Notes: generated by a model not told the origin, from the letters alone. A stretch of 64,000 nucleotides of DNA from a virus (IMGVR_UViG_3300028591_000104:86487-150486), one strand, 5' to 3'; counted from the stretch's first letter, positions 11,040 to 23,152 are shown. Numbers and translations are program-made.

Positions 11040-13295
11040 ATGGTAGTAATGATTCAAAAGAGAGATGGGAGAACAGTTCCCTTTAGTCGTGAAAAGATTG
11101 AGTCTGCTGTATTAAAAGCTTTTAAAGCAGTTGACTTTGAAATTAGCGACTATGCTTTAACAAAAGCAAGTAGTATAGCAGATTAGATAGAAAAGGTTGC
11201 TTATACTAAAACTTTAACGGTCGAAGAAATCCAGGACATGGTGCAAGCCGGTCTTATGAAAACTCGTAGACCAGATGTGGCGCAAGAATTTGTAACTTAT
11301 CGTTATGAAAGACAGAAGGCTAGAGAGCAGCGTTCAACTCTTATGAAGAAGATTGGTGAAAAGCTTACTGCATCAGCAGTGGCTAACCAAAATGCTAATG
11401 TAGATGAACGAAGCTTTGGTGGCAGAAAAGGCGAAGCAGATAGTGTGCTTATGAAGAAATATGCTTTAGATAATATAATTTCTCCTAAAGCTAGATTCCT
11501 TCACGAAAATAATGAAGTGTATATTCACGACCTTGATGCTTAGGCTGTTGGCATGCACAATTGTCTGTCGGTACCTTTCGACGATTTACTTGCAAAAGGT
11601 TTTAACACAAGACAAACAGATGTTCGTCCTGCAAATTCTATAAATACAGCTTTTCAATTAGTAGCAGTTTTATTCCAGCTTCAGAGTCTACAACAGTTTG
11701 GCGGAGTGGCGGCTACTCATCTTGATTGGACAATGGTTCCTTATGTGAGAAAGAGCTTTGCAAAGCACTATAAAGATGGTTGGACTTATATAGAGAATAA
11801 ACCAATAGAAGAAATAGATTATGAAATAGAAAATATGCTTACTAATTGCACCGATTATTCTATTGATGACCCAGAATATAAAGCATATAATGAAAAAATT
11901 TATAATTATGCAATACAGATGACTACACGGGAACTTAACCAGGCGGTCGAAGGTATGTATCACAATCTAAATACATTACAATCACGTAGCGGGAATCAAT
12001 TACCCTTCACCTCTGTGAATTACGGCACCTGCACTTCTATGGAAGGACGTATGGTGATAAAAGCATTGCTTGAAGGTAGTTTAAAAGGTGTAGGTAAGTT
12101 CCACAAAACACCGATATTCCCCTGTGGTATATTTCAATTGGGTAAGGGGATAAATAGAGAACCAGGAGATCCTAATTATGATTTATATCAATTAGCTATA
12201 AAGTCAACAGCTCAAAGACTTTATCCTAATTATGCTAATATAGATTGGTCAGGCAACGCGGGTTAGGATAAGAATGATCCCCGGACATAGTTCAGTACGA
12301 TGGGGTGCAGGACAGCGAACGGTTGGGATGTGAACGGATTTGGGCAACTTAAAGATGGTCGTGGAAATATATGTCCTGTCACAATTATAATGCCTACACT
12401 TGCTATGGAAGCTATTACACAAGAGGATGAAGATCCTGTTGAATATTTTATGAAACTATTAGATACTCGTATCCATGATGCAAAGGATATGCTTATTGAA
12501 CGTTTTGAATATATTTGTTCTCAAAGTCCAGAAAGTGCTAAATTTATGTATGAAAATGGTACTATGGCTGGATATATTCCTGAGGAGGGGATTAGATCAG
12601 CACTTAAGCATGGGACTTTAGCTTTGGGCCAATTAGGTCTTGCTGAGACTTTACAAATATTAATTGGTAAAGACCATACAACAGATAGCGGTATGGAACT
12701 AGCCAAGAGAATAGAACAATTATTTAAAGATAGATGTGCAGAATTTAAAAAGAAATATAGTTTAAATTTTGGTGTGTATATGACCCCGGCGGAGAACCTT
12801 TGCTATACGGCTATGCAGAAGTTCAAAGACAAGTGGGGAGAATTAGAAAACATATCAGATAAAGATTACTTTACTAATTCAATTCATGTTCCTGTTTGGA
12901 AGGAAATCAATCCTTTTGAAAAAATTGATATTGAAAGTCAATTAACAGGTTATAGTTCTGCTGGATGTATCACCTATGTAGAACTTGATGCAGGAGTTAA
13001 AAATAATCTTGAAGCCGTTGAACAGATTATAAACTATGCTATGGATAAAGATATACCTTATTTTGCTATTAATGTTCCTAATGATTTATGTTTAGGATGT
13101 GGATATACCGATGAAATTGGAGAAAAATGTCCACAGTGCGGTTGTACCAATATTCAGAGATTACGTCGTGTGACTGGATATTTGACCGGCGATTATAAAA
13201 CCGCATTTAATCTTGGTAAACAACAAGAAGTTGAAATGCGTTATAAGCATAGTAAAAAGTTAAGAGGTTGGTGCAATGAGAATAGCAAGGATTGA
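11040..13295 (+). CDS. nrdD: Class III anaerobic ribonucleoside-triphosphate reductase with N-terminal ATP cone (4 TAG read through)
   Basis: ATP cone IQKRDGR..PF, IHDLD, thiyl motif TMGCR, TPAENLC, Zn CxxC..CxxC, glycyl-radical loop RRVTGYL. All fragments are in one frame, joined by TAG at 11184, 11541, 12264 and 12288 (751 aa). Confidence 0.95.
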
Positions 13296-13779
13296 TAGTT
13301 GTGATATAGCCAATGGCCCAGGCGCTAGATTAAGCGTCTGGGTGAGCGGCTGCTCACATCATTGTAAAAATTGTTTTAATTCTGAATTATGGGATTTTGA
13401 AAAAGGTATAGAGTATAATGATACCATAGAGCAAAAAATAATAGTTGATTTAGGTAGAGAATATATAACAGGATTAAGCATTCTAGGAGGAGACCCGCTA
13501 GAACCAATTCACCAAAAGGACATTTGCAAACTAGTCCAAAAGGTTAAAGAAAAATATCCTAATAAAACAATTTTTATGTGGACAGGTTATCTTTGGGAAG
13601 AAATAAAAGACTATGAAGTTTTAAAATATATAGATGTTTTGATAGATGGACCTTTTATTGAAGAATTAAAAGATTTATCTTTGCCCCTTAGAGGATCTTC
13701 AAATCAAAGAATTATTGACGTCCAACAGTCATTAAAAAATAACGAGGTAATGGAGGATAAAAGATGGCAGAAAACATAA
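13276..13779 (+). CDS. nrdG: Anaerobic RNR activase (radical SAM)
   Basis: NGPGAR, GCSHHCKNCFN, LGGDPL, DGPF and RGSSNQR motifs. Confidence 0.95.
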   Translation: MRIARIDSCDIANGPGARLSVWVSGCSHHCKNCFNSELWDFEKGIEYNDTIEQKIIVDLGREYITGLSILGGDPLEPIHQKDICKLVQKVKEKYPNKTIFMWTGYLWEEIKDYEVLKYIDVLIDGPFIEELKDLSLPLRGSSNQRIIDVQQSLKNNEVMEDKRWQKT

Positions 13780-14102
13780 ATCATCCATCATATTATGGAG
13801 GAGAATCAAATCCTTATGAAGCTATTAAAGTGATAGAGGCTTGGGGATTAGATTTTTGTCTTGGTAATACAATAAAATATATTTCTAGAGCTGGATATAA
13901 AAATCCTGAGACTGAAATAGAAGATTTAGAAAAAGCTGCTTGGTATTTAAACCATTATATTGAAAGTTTAAAAAAAGACCAAGAGAAGAAACAAAAAGAA
14001 AATATTAAATCTTATCCTTATGGTTTTTGTAAAGATGAGTCATTGGCTGCCAAGTATCACGGCTTTACTAGAGAAGATGGAACGAGGTTTGAAGTAAAAT
14101 GA
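13764..14102 (+). CDS. DUF3310-like protein
   Basis: INHPSYY...FCLGNTIKYISRAGYK...EDLEKAAWYL pattern. Confidence 0.8.
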   Translation: MAENINHPSYYGGESNPYEAIKVIEAWGLDFCLGNTIKYISRAGYKNPETEIEDLEKAAWYLNHYIESLKKDQEKKQKENIKSYPYGFCKDESLAAKYHGFTREDGTRFEVK

Positions 14103-14614
14103 TTACAGTAGATAGTTTATCAATTTTAAACAGTCTTAAAATTAAAGAGATTGGTGACACAGCTTATGTTAATAAAGAGCAGAAGGTGTATGAATATACA
14201 GAGGGCGGCTGGGCGCCTAAAGCACTGCCAGAGGGCAAGATTAATTTATCTGTTTATGATATGAATAAGCAGATTGTATCACAACTTGGAGTAGCAGATG
14301 ACATCTCTCTCCTAACCCCCGTCCGCAAATTTAAAAATAAGGGTGGAAAGTATTTCATGCTCATATGTCGTGATATTAACTACTATACTCTTTTCGCTAC
14401 TATTGGAGATGATAAGATCCCCCTTGAACCGCCAGAAAGGATTGAAAAAGAAGTGCTGGCTTGTGTAAAGGATATCGGAGAGCTCCGTTCAGCAGAGGAA
14501 ATTGAAGGTACAGAAGCTGTAGAAATTTGGGTGCAGCCTAAAGAAGAATATGGACCTGACCCATTAGTTATGTATTTCTTTAATTATGATAAGGGGGTAA
14601 TCAGATGTCGGTAA
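14099..14614 (+). CDS. Hypothetical protein
   Basis: 171-aa ORF translationally coupled to the previous gene. Confidence 0.7.
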   Translation: MITVDSLSILNSLKIKEIGDTAYVNKEQKVYEYTEGGWAPKALPEGKINLSVYDMNKQIVSQLGVADDISLLTPVRKFKNKGGKYFMLICRDINYYTLFATIGDDKIPLEPPERIEKEVLACVKDIGELRSAEEIEGTEAVEIWVQPKEEYGPDPLVMYFFNYDKGVIRCR

Positions 14615-14877
14615 AACATACTTAGGTAGTTAATTTTACTAACTTTACCTTATAGGCAAGTATTTTTAATTATGTAGAAGGAAATGATGTTGTTATAGAG
14701 CATGTTCCTCACAATCAAACAGTAGATTTTTTAAAAGAAAAAATCGCGACTAAAGATGTAGAGCAGATAAAATTAGTAGGGCCGAAATCTTACACGGAAA
14801 ATATAAAAAATCAACTATACAGTTCACTAGAGTTCAGTGAAAACCCAATAAAAATAGAGTTAACGGAGGAATTTTAA
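14605..14877 (+). CDS. Hypothetical protein missing from the ORF track (2 TAG)
   Basis: ATG 14605 after AAGGGGG, TAG at 14623 and 14653, TAA at 14875. Fills the gap exactly. Confidence 0.65.
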
Positions 14878-14880
14878 TTT

Positions 14881-15126
14881 ATGAAGTATTTAGTACAAAC
14901 AGTAGAAACTTATAGAGTAGAATCAGAATCACAGGCAGCCGCCCTTATCGAGGAGGCTAAGCAGGACCGCAATTTTATTCTCACCAAGTATAATTGTGAA
15001 CATAAGGAGAAGAAACAGAAGGGAGAAGTCATAGATTCATGGTATCGTGTAACTTTAACTAAATTTTTTACCGACGAACGTGAGCCTGCACTTAACCACA
15101 AAATAACTTATGAGGTAGATGCGTAA
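14881..15126 (+). CDS. Hypothetical protein
   Basis: 81-aa ORF with GGAGG RBS. Confidence 0.7.
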   Translation: MKYLVQTVETYRVESESQAAALIEEAKQDRNFILTKYNCEHKEKKQKGEVIDSWYRVTLTKFFTDEREPALNHKITYEVDA

Positions 15127-15824
15127 TGGACGAAGAAAATAAGGTTACAAATCCAGAAGAGCCTGATGTATGGGGTGGTGTTCCAGTAGAAGAAAGAATG
15201 AATTATATTGACCCCATTACCTATGGCAAAATTGAAAGTAATGAATATGGTTTAAATTTCAGAGTATGGGATAACAACAAGAAGGCTCATACTTATTTTG
15301 AAAAAGTAAGTAGATTTGCGGATACAGATTTAATTACACCTATGCGAAAAACTCTTTTCTCTGCTGGATATGATATGGCGGCCGCGGAGGATATTGTGAT
15401 TCCATCATACCAGAAGCTAATGAATAAGTTCCAGGCTGATGAACCGGGAGCAGTATATAGCTTAAATGAAATGAGCTCTATAACTAAAGCCTATAAGATT
15501 AAACCCACTCTTATTTCTACTGGTTACAAGTGTCGTATAAATGGAGACCAATTTATTCAACTTTCTATTCGTTCAAGTTCCCCTCTTAAATATTGGCTTG
15601 TGTTGGCTAATGGCGTGGGTATAATCGACGCAGATTATTATAACAACCCCGATAATGAAGGTGAGATTTTCTTCCAGGTTATTAATCTTTCACCTTTTAA
15701 TATTCAAATTAAAAAGGGTGACATTATTGGTCAAGCTATTGTTATGAATTATAATACTTTAGATATTGATATATCAGGAGGACTGCGCAATGGGGGCTTT
15801 GGCAGTACAACTACTCAGTCTTGA
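15126..15824 (+). CDS. dut: Trimeric dUTPase with N-terminal extension and internal insertion
   Basis: SAGYD, RSS, GIIDADYY, GDIIGQ and RNGGFGST motifs. Confidence 0.9.
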   Translation: MDEENKVTNPEEPDVWGGVPVEERMNYIDPITYGKIESNEYGLNFRVWDNNKKAHTYFEKVSRFADTDLITPMRKTLFSAGYDMAAAEDIVIPSYQKLMNKFQADEPGAVYSLNEMSSITKAYKIKPTLISTGYKCRINGDQFIQLSIRSSSPLKYWLVLANGVGIIDADYYNNPDNEGEIFFQVINLSPFNIQIKKGDIIGQAIVMNYNTLDIDISGGLRNGGFGSTTTQS

Positions 15825-16284
15825 CCAAAGCACACGCGTTTCCGGCTGGGCAGTGTTCGGACAAGAGGGGCTCGAAGATTGCGGAAAGTTCGAAGCCTCC
15901 GGAGAAATTGGAGAGCGATTAGTATATATTAAAGAAGAAATTATTTCTCTTATAGAAAAATAGAACATAACTAAAGTAGCATTTGAAGATATTCAGTTGC
16001 AGAATAATGTAGTTAATAACGTAGTAACTTATAAAAATTTGGCTATGGTTTTTGGAGTTATTTTAGAATATCTCGAAGAAGAAAATATTCCTTATGAAAT
16101 AGTTCCTTCATCAACCTGGAAAAGTAAATTAGGAATAAAAGGAAGAACAAGACCTGAACAGAAAAAGGCAGCTCAACAATAGGTATTAGATACTTATAAA
16201 GTTAAAGCTTCTCAAGATACTTGTGATGCAATTTGTATCGGAGCTTCAACTTTAATAGTTGAAGGACATGATTGGTCAACTTAA
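15790..16284 (+). CDS. RuvC-like Holliday junction resolvase (2 TAG)
   Basis: LSLDQST..SGWAVF, FEDIQLQ, WKSKLGI and QDTCDAICIG motifs, joined by TAG at 15961 and 16180. AGGAGG before ATG 15790. Confidence 0.85.
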
Positions 16285-16369
16285 TATAATTATCAATTTT
16301 ATTTTTTTAATATAAACGGAGGAATGAGAATTCTTCCGTTTATATTTATTTGAAAGGAAGTACAGAGTT

Positions 16370-16768
16370 ATGTTAGAATGGTTGGCCAAGTACTGGTTAG
16401 AAGTAGTTTTTGGCTTAATCCTTGCAGGCTTTGGCTGGGGCGGAAGACAACTTGTTCACTTTTATGTTAAAGAAATGAAAAACATGCTTAAAGAAACCGA
16501 AGAGCGTATTCTTAACCAGAGAGAAGAAAGGGATAGACAATATGAAAAGAAAATTGATGAAATAAGAAATGGATTATTGTCTGTCCAAGGTCAGTCTTTT
16601 AAGGAAAAATGTCATAAACTTTTATCTCAAGACCATCAAATTGATGTAGAGGAGTTAGAAAACATTACGAGAGATCATGATGCCTATAAAGGTTTAGGGG
16701 GTAATCATGAAGGAGACACGCTTTTTAGTTTAATAATTGAAAAGGCAAAAAAAGATATTACCCAATAA
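16370..16768 (+). CDS. Holin-like membrane protein
   Basis: N-terminal TM helix, coiled-coil region and AYKGLGGN motif typical of Bacillota phage holin-region proteins. Confidence 0.55.
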   Translation: MLEWLAKYWLEVVFGLILAGFGWGGRQLVHFYVKEMKNMLKETEERILNQREERDRQYEKKIDEIRNGLLSVQGQSFKEKCHKLLSQDHQIDVEELENITRDHDAYKGLGGNHEGDTLFSLIIEKAKKDITQ

Positions 16769-16812
16769 GAAAAAGGGGCAATTAGAAATTAATCTAATTG
16801 CCCCTCTTTTTT
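16769..16812. terminator. Bidirectional intrinsic terminator between the convergent modules
   Basis: AGGGGCAATTAG-loop-CTAATTGCCCCT, flanked by an A-tract and a T-tract. Confidence 0.85.
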
Positions 16813-17207
16813 TATGCCTGTTTATTTAAATTAACCTGAGCTTCAATTTGAGTATTAATATATTTGTTCAAATCTCCATAGGCTAATTCAAGATATTTCT
16901 TACCTTCTTCGGTAAGTGTGGCAAGTACAGCATTTTTTGTCTTATCAAAGGCTTTAAGCTGTGCTTCTTTATCAAACCTACCCTCTTTCTTAAGAGTTTC
17001 TACATAAGTTTGATTTGTAGCAATAACACAGGTAGAAATTGTATCAGCCAACTGGTCAATATACTTTTTAATTAAGTCATTTTCTGTCTGTGTCTTAATT
17101 TTTTCTTTCTGTACATTGATGTACTTAACTAGATAAGCGGTTAAAACTCCAAGAAGGGGTAATATACATACCTTGAAAATTTCACTTAAAATTTCTGCCC
17201 AATTCAT
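16812..17207 (-). CDS. Putative phage holin (LL-H-like)
   Basis: N-terminal TM helix followed by a charged domain (QTYVETLKK.G.FD...QIEAQV). Last gene of the structural operon. Confidence 0.6.
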   Translation of the reverse strand: MNWAEILSEIFKVCILPLLGVLTAYLVKYINVQKEKIKTQTENDLIKKYIDQLADTISTCVIATNQTYVETLKKEGRFDKEAQLKAFDKTKNAVLATLTEEGKKYLELAYGDLNKYINTQIEAQVNLNKQA

Positions 17208-17219
17208 ATAATTTCCTCC

Positions 17220-18842
17220 TTATCTTGCATAAACTTTAATATTATATTTATTATTACTAGAAGGATTTGGTTTCATAGTAAACCATCCATCTCTCCATGA
17301 AATATTATAAGTAGTTCCAGAAGTAGAACATTGTAAAGCATAATTTAACAAATAGCCTGAACTGTAATAATAGCCTCCAAATATACATTCAGTAGCAGAT
17401 GGACCTGGAAGAGTACCGCCATCTGCAATAGGAATAATATGACTACCTTTGTAACAGTCTGTTGCAGAAACATTTGTGATATAAACTATTACCATAAGTT
17501 CGCTATAGTCTGTATAATTTGAGACAGGGACAATACCAGATGCGCCTGTTACGTCGAATCCTGTTTCATCAATGAAAGTCCATTCATTTGTTGCCTTTTT
17601 TAAAAGGTTAGAAGCAGTTACAGTATTATTATCTGTAATAGATAATAAAGTATCTACTCTTTCGCCTCCATTACCATCGTCTCCTATAGATTGAATATAT
17701 CGAGTATCACCATTACTATTTCTATGGAAATATAAATCTTTAGTCCAAGTTGTAACATCAATCCAAACATAATTATCTACATTTAAATGGTCATATAGTT
17801 TTAAATTTGTTGATCTTAATTCTTGATTATGAGGATTAAAATATAATAATGATGATTTTTTAGTCCCACTAGTTATATTATCAGCAATAGCAGTAGTAGA
17901 GTCTGAAAATAATATTGGATAATCTGAATTAGTAGTACTATCTGTAGTTTGTAAAACTTTATTATCCGTATACTCTATTATTTTTTCTCCATTATGATAA
18001 TAAATCGGATGATTTGGTGCTATTGTACATTGATACCTAGAATACATATTACCAACATAGTAATAATAATAACCATCATTAGTAGTAGGTAAATCTACTG
18101 CCCACCAAGGTGCATTTGCAATGTATAACAATCCATTACTCATAGTACATTTAATATAGATTGATTTACCTACTGCTGTAGTTGGTAAAGTAGTAGTATT
18201 ACAATTTGTCCAATATCTTATACTATTAGAAGTTAACCACCATACATGGTTTTGACCTATAGCTTGTCCCGCACTTGCTGAAGTGGTCGCACAAATGATA
18301 TTGCCATTTGGTAAAAATCCTAATGAAGAAGGTTGTTTTGAAGTTCCTGTCCCACCTGTTTTTGTTATTGACGACCATCTTGGTGGATTGAGTTGTGTCT
18401 GTAATACTATCGAATTGTCAAATATAGCACCATTTTCATCAGCAACTACAGAACCCGCATATTCGCCTATTGTATTACTATCGTTTTCATAGTAAGCCAA
18501 TTGCATTACCCAATAATCATTTGCATAATCAAATACAAATAAATATTCACTATTTAATTCGTATGCTGTACTTATTCTACTATTTGTTTTACTATTATAT
18601 ACTGCTTTACCTCCCAAACCATTAAGATTAATAACCCAGTTAGTAGCACTTCTGATTTTTGTATTTTTCATTATAATAGTAAGTCCATCATACAATTCTG
18701 TAATATTCGGAGCCGTCGCAATAAAATTTGTTGAAGTTGAGGTCGAGTCCAATGTAGCCCTAACTATTCCTCTTGTCATTTTACTATTTATTTCATGTTG
18801 CTGACCACTAGAATCTTCTATTTTAATAATATCTTCCGGCAC
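17220..18842 (-). CDS. Tail fibre / receptor-binding-like protein
   Basis: Thr/Asn/Ser-rich beta-type sequence with INLNGLGGKAVY motif. Lies in the fibre cluster. No TAG. Confidence 0.6.
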   Translation of the reverse strand: MPEDIIKIEDSSGQQHEINSKMTRGIVRATLDSTSTSTNFIATAPNITELYDGLTIIMKNTKIRSATNWVINLNGLGGKAVYNSKTNSRISTAYELNSEYLFVFDYANDYWVMQLAYYENDSNTIGEYAGSVVADENGAIFDNSIVLQTQLNPPRWSSITKTGGTGTSKQPSSLGFLPNGNIICATTSASAGQAIGQNHVWWLTSNSIRYWTNCNTTTLPTTAVGKSIYIKCTMSNGLLYIANAPWWAVDLPTTNDGYYYYYVGNMYSRYQCTIAPNHPIYYHNGEKIIEYTDNKVLQTTDSTTNSDYPILFSDSTTAIADNITSGTKKSSLLYFNPHNQELRSTNLKLYDHLNVDNYVWIDVTTWTKDLYFHRNSNGDTRYIQSIGDDGNGGERVDTLLSITDNNTVTASNLLKKATNEWTFIDETGFDVTGASGIVPVSNYTDYSELMVIVYITNVSATDCYKGSHIIPIADGGTLPGPSATECIFGGYYYSSGYLLNYALQCSTSGTTYNISWRDGWFTMKPNPSSNNKYNIKVYAR

Positions 18843-18855
18843 TTTTATCCCTCCT

Positions 18856-21537
18856 TTAACTCAATGTGTGTGTATGTCCATTATCTGTAACAGTGTGTGT
18901 TTTACCTGTCACTACAGTCGTAGCAGAATCATTCTTAATAGGTACAGTTACATTTGCAACCGAAGTAACATTTGGAATTGAAATTTCAGTGCCAAGTGTC
19001 GGTGCAATATGAGTATGTGTATCTGGATCGTGCGTTGCCGCAACATGTGTATGACTAAAAGATAAAACTCCATTAGTTACAGTAGCTGTAAATGAACCAC
19101 TACCTCCAAAAAATGCGCCTGAAGTAAAATCACCACTACCTGCTGAAGTCACGTTTGGTACACTAATTGCTGTTCCTAATGTAACTTTAGAAGCGGTTGT
19201 TGTAGTAGATTTTACTCCATAAATTGAACCAGTGCTATGGTCTGATATACTTATACCTGTCGTACTAGTAGCGGCAGACGTGCCATGGGGATTGCCTGTT
19301 ACCTGTGAATGGTCATACGCAATCTTTCCCCTGTCGCCTCTATACGCCGTTGAGCTTGTTTCACCTAATGCAAGTGAAGGACTTATTTCAACATAATTAG
19401 AGCCACCCCATCTATAAGTAAGATTGGTATCAAGTGCAACATATATTTTTCCAGTTTCACCAGTAGTAGGAAAACTAGACTTATTAGCATATTCTAACAC
19501 ATCATCTACATATGAAGGAAGCTGCGATGCTGGGACTAATCCATTTGCATCTAATTCAGCTACGCCATTTGCCGCGCCTTTAGCACTAGTTGCTATTGCA
19601 TTAACATCAGCTGCAGTTGTAGGCACTGTAATATTTGCAGTTACATCAGATGAAGCATTTGCTGTAAAAGTTTTTACTGTAGTACCATTCTTTTGAATAG
19701 TAAGTGTGGCATTATTTACAGTTGGATAACTAGGAACTTGCCAAGTACCATCATTCCTCAAGAACTTTGTTGTATCTGAACCTAAAGCTGGTCCATTAGT
19801 AACTGTATTTGCACCATTAAACTTTGCCAAATATCCACTTGTACCTGAACCTGTTATATTATTTGCGATACTTGGAGTGACCGTGACAGTTTGAACAGTA
19901 CCTCCTGAAGGGGTTACTGTAAATCCATTAGTTCCATTAGCAAAAGTATATGTTGTATTATTATCAGGAATAGTTACTGTTTGAGCTGTACCACTTGAAG
20001 GAGTAAGTGTAATTTTATGCCCGTCAGAACTATCTTGTGTAAGACTGTAAGTTGTGTTAGTATCTGTTGTTGCTATTGTAATTTTATCATTAGTAGCATC
20101 AGGAGTTAATGTAACATTACTGCCTGCAACTAATTCTAAAGTGTCTGTTTTACTATCTGCAGCTATTGTAGTTGAGCCAACCTTAACATTACTAAAAGCA
20201 TTTTGATTAGCTTCAGCTGTTGTGCTAATAACATGAGTAGAAGAATTAACAGAGATTGCTCCAGTTCCTGTGTAAGTAGTATCAGTAAATACAGCATCGC
20301 TAGGTACATCTTTGTCTACAGTATGACTATTAACTGTTCTTGCGTCATCAACAATTTCAATCAGATTTGTACCATTATAACGATACCATTTATTTTGTTC
20401 ATACAGAGTGATACGACAATACGATGTTGTACTGTCAAAACAAGACCCTACAAGTACATATACTTTATTTGGATCATTTGGTGTTTGTGTCCACCAAACA
20501 TCATCTAAATAATATAAATTATCTTCTGGATTGATTGTACCAACAAGATATAATAGACTCTAGGGAGTTAAAGAGTTTGCTACAAGTGAAGTATTAAATG
20601 AGTACCTTGAATCAAATATTGAAATAGAACTATATACAACAGATGCTCCTGAAATATTAGTATTAGCTGCGTAAGTGGTATTAGTATACCATATTGAGCT
20701 ACCAACTTTAAATCCATTTGAATTTGGAAGTTTAGTAGCAGCAACAGTACGACTACCTAATGAAGTTTCAGTAGCATCAGACCCCATACATATATTCTGA
20801 AATCTGCCCGTTTCATCTTCCATAAATAATGATGTTGCCCAGACACCCCTAGTACCTGTTTTACCTGCAAAATATCCAATTCTATTTTCAGTAGTAGTAT
20901 TACTATCACTAGTTTCCTGTAAACCACGAGTAACAGCATCAGGGCCTGACAAATTATTATAATTAGTAGTGCCTGAACCAGTCCAATCAGCCCATTTTAC
21001 TGGAGTATCAAGAATTGTAACAGTACAGTTTTCACATTCATAATAATCAATTTCAAATGTCCTATAATAAGTAGGATTTGTATAACCGCCTCCATAAAGA
21101 ATGCTAATACCTATTGCATGTCCATACCCAGCATCATAACCTGCTTTCTTCAAGGTGTAAATAGGCATGTAATAATGAGCTGCATCTTGTCTCTCGTTCC
21201 AGTTAGATACAATATATCCATCAGACCTACCACAAAAAGTAGACCAAGTATAAGACTGATAACTTGCATGATTAGAACAATAGGTATGAACTTTGAATTT
21301 TACCCTCCAAGGTTTATACCAATCATCAGGCCTAATTGACATAAAATACCAAGAGGATGTTTCCCATGAACCCGCTGAAGTCGCATAGTAATTTGTACTT
21401 TCATAGGTTTTATGAACTATAGGCACTATGTCTTTTTCATAGTGCCTATGATCACTTTTACTTTGTGAATTATCTTTAAAATGATAGGTATTTGTATCAT
21501 TGGGAAGTTTTATTTTACTTACATCTATATCTGCCAT
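18856..21537 (-). CDS. Tail fibre protein, 893 aa (1 TAG)
   Basis: ORFs 20560-21537 and 18856-19830 are in frame with only the TAG at 20560-20562 between them. Fibre motifs FLRNDGTW and GLVPASQLPSYVDDVLEY. Confidence 0.8.
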
Positions 21538-21553
21538 TGTCTCTCACCTACCT

Positions 21554-22741
21554 TTAAGCAGGATTTACAGTAGCAGCACCAAGAGCAGTAATAGCATCAG
21601 CAGTATTACCAGAAGTAGCAAAAGTAACTGGATTAGTTCCACTTGTACTTACCGCAGTAATAACCCCCGGACCATCTGTAGAAGTTGTGGTTGTACTAGC
21701 TGTAACATCTTTTAAGAAAGTATCAGAAGTAGGTGCCGCATAATCAGTTATCGCGCTCGCAGTTGTAGGCGTACCTAATCCAACCATTACCGAAGCACCA
21801 CTAGAACCAGTAGCTACAGCACCAGTTGCTACAGTTGTTGCTGAAGTATTTTTAATTGGAACAGTTACATCAGCAAAGGTATAAGGAGTAATACTACCAT
21901 TTGAAACCGCAGGTGTTACTGAAGTAGTAGATAATGGTTTAAAAGTAAAACTTAAAGTTTCATTTTCAACTGTAGCCCCCCACATTGGAGTATTAGCAGT
22001 TCTTGTAGCAGTTTCAGTGCCCAAAGAGCCTGAAGCTACAGTAGCGGCAGTGCCAGCTTTTGCCACGGCAACAGCCGTTCCCGCAGTTGCCTTAGAAGCA
22101 GTGGTTGTACTAGACTGAACCCCCGTAACAGAAGTAGTAGTTAATTTAGAAGTACTACCAGGATAAGACTTTACAAAGGTATCGGTAGAAGGATCTCCCA
22201 AACCCGTAAGCGCATTTCCTGTAGTTTTAGTAAGTTTTAAATATTTAGTAGCTCCACTTGGTTTAGGAACTGTCGCGGTTACAGAAGATTTTAATACTGT
22301 AGCTTTAGTATGATTACCCCAGCTAACGGTACCAGTATCTGCATAAGCAAAATTGCCCGCAGTTCCACCAGAATGCCCTGATTTATTTTTAACATAATCC
22401 GTCATATCAGGAAGATGTGTACTACCAAAAGGCTCCCAAGCATAAGTTGTTCCACTAGGATTTACAGTAATATATTCTCGATATGCTCCTTCATCACCAG
22501 AATGAGTTTCCATATTGTCTGGCACTAACTATATTTTATACATAGTAGTAGAAGCTGCTGCTAAAGTACCAGTAATAGTTGTAGTGCCACTTTTCCATTG
22601 AATGTCTTTAGGAGTATTGCCAGCTTCAGTACAAACTATATATTCAAATTGGTGAATATTGGCTATAGCACTTCTCGCTGTAGCATCTTTTAAATCATAA
22701 GTTGTACCGGAAGGTAAAGTAATTTTTGATATATCTGCCAT
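21554..22741 (-). CDS. Thr-rich fibre/structural protein (1 TAG)
   Basis: ORFs 22529-22741 and 21554-22525 are joined by TAG 22529-22531 (YKI*LVP). Confidence 0.75.
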
Positions 22742-22756
22742 TCATTTTCTCCTTTC

Positions 22757-23134
22757 TCAATTAGTTGTGAAAATAAGCTCTTCGGCGTCAACAGTGGGGT
22801 CGGTATAACATCTTACCTTATTATTCCAAAATGTCCTTTCAGAAGCAGTAATATGAATTATATTATCCGCAATATGTTGAGCCTCTAATTCATTAGCAAA
22901 AGGAAGATCTACTACCTAAGCAAGGCCATCCCCTACTTTAAATCCAGGTAAATCTTCTCCTTGGCTATTCTGTTGATAATCTGTGTATATATAAATAGTT
23001 CCTTGTTTAGAAACTAAAGAAGTCTTAGTGGCCCAATTTGCACTGGTGTCACTAATTACATTATTTTGCTCTTTTATTTTTTCCCAAAGGTGAGCTAAAC
23101 CTTCTTCATCTAACTATTTCAACGGTGTCGGCAT
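22757..23134 (-). CDS. Small fibre-associated protein with KVGDG motif, missing from the ORF track (2 TAG)
   Basis: AAGGAGG RBS. MPTPLK*LDEEGLAHLWEKIK...FKVGDGLA*VVDLPF...HITASERTFWNNK, TGA stop. TAG at 23114 and 22916. Confidence 0.75.
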
Positions 23135-23152
23135 AGCTCTTTACCTCCTTAA

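Noticed and set aside
11040-13295. Introns or inteins splitting nrdD (also considered for terL and dnaE)
   Set aside because: The gaps between fragments are coding and in frame, protein lengths are normal, and no intein or homing endonuclease motifs are seen inside these genes.
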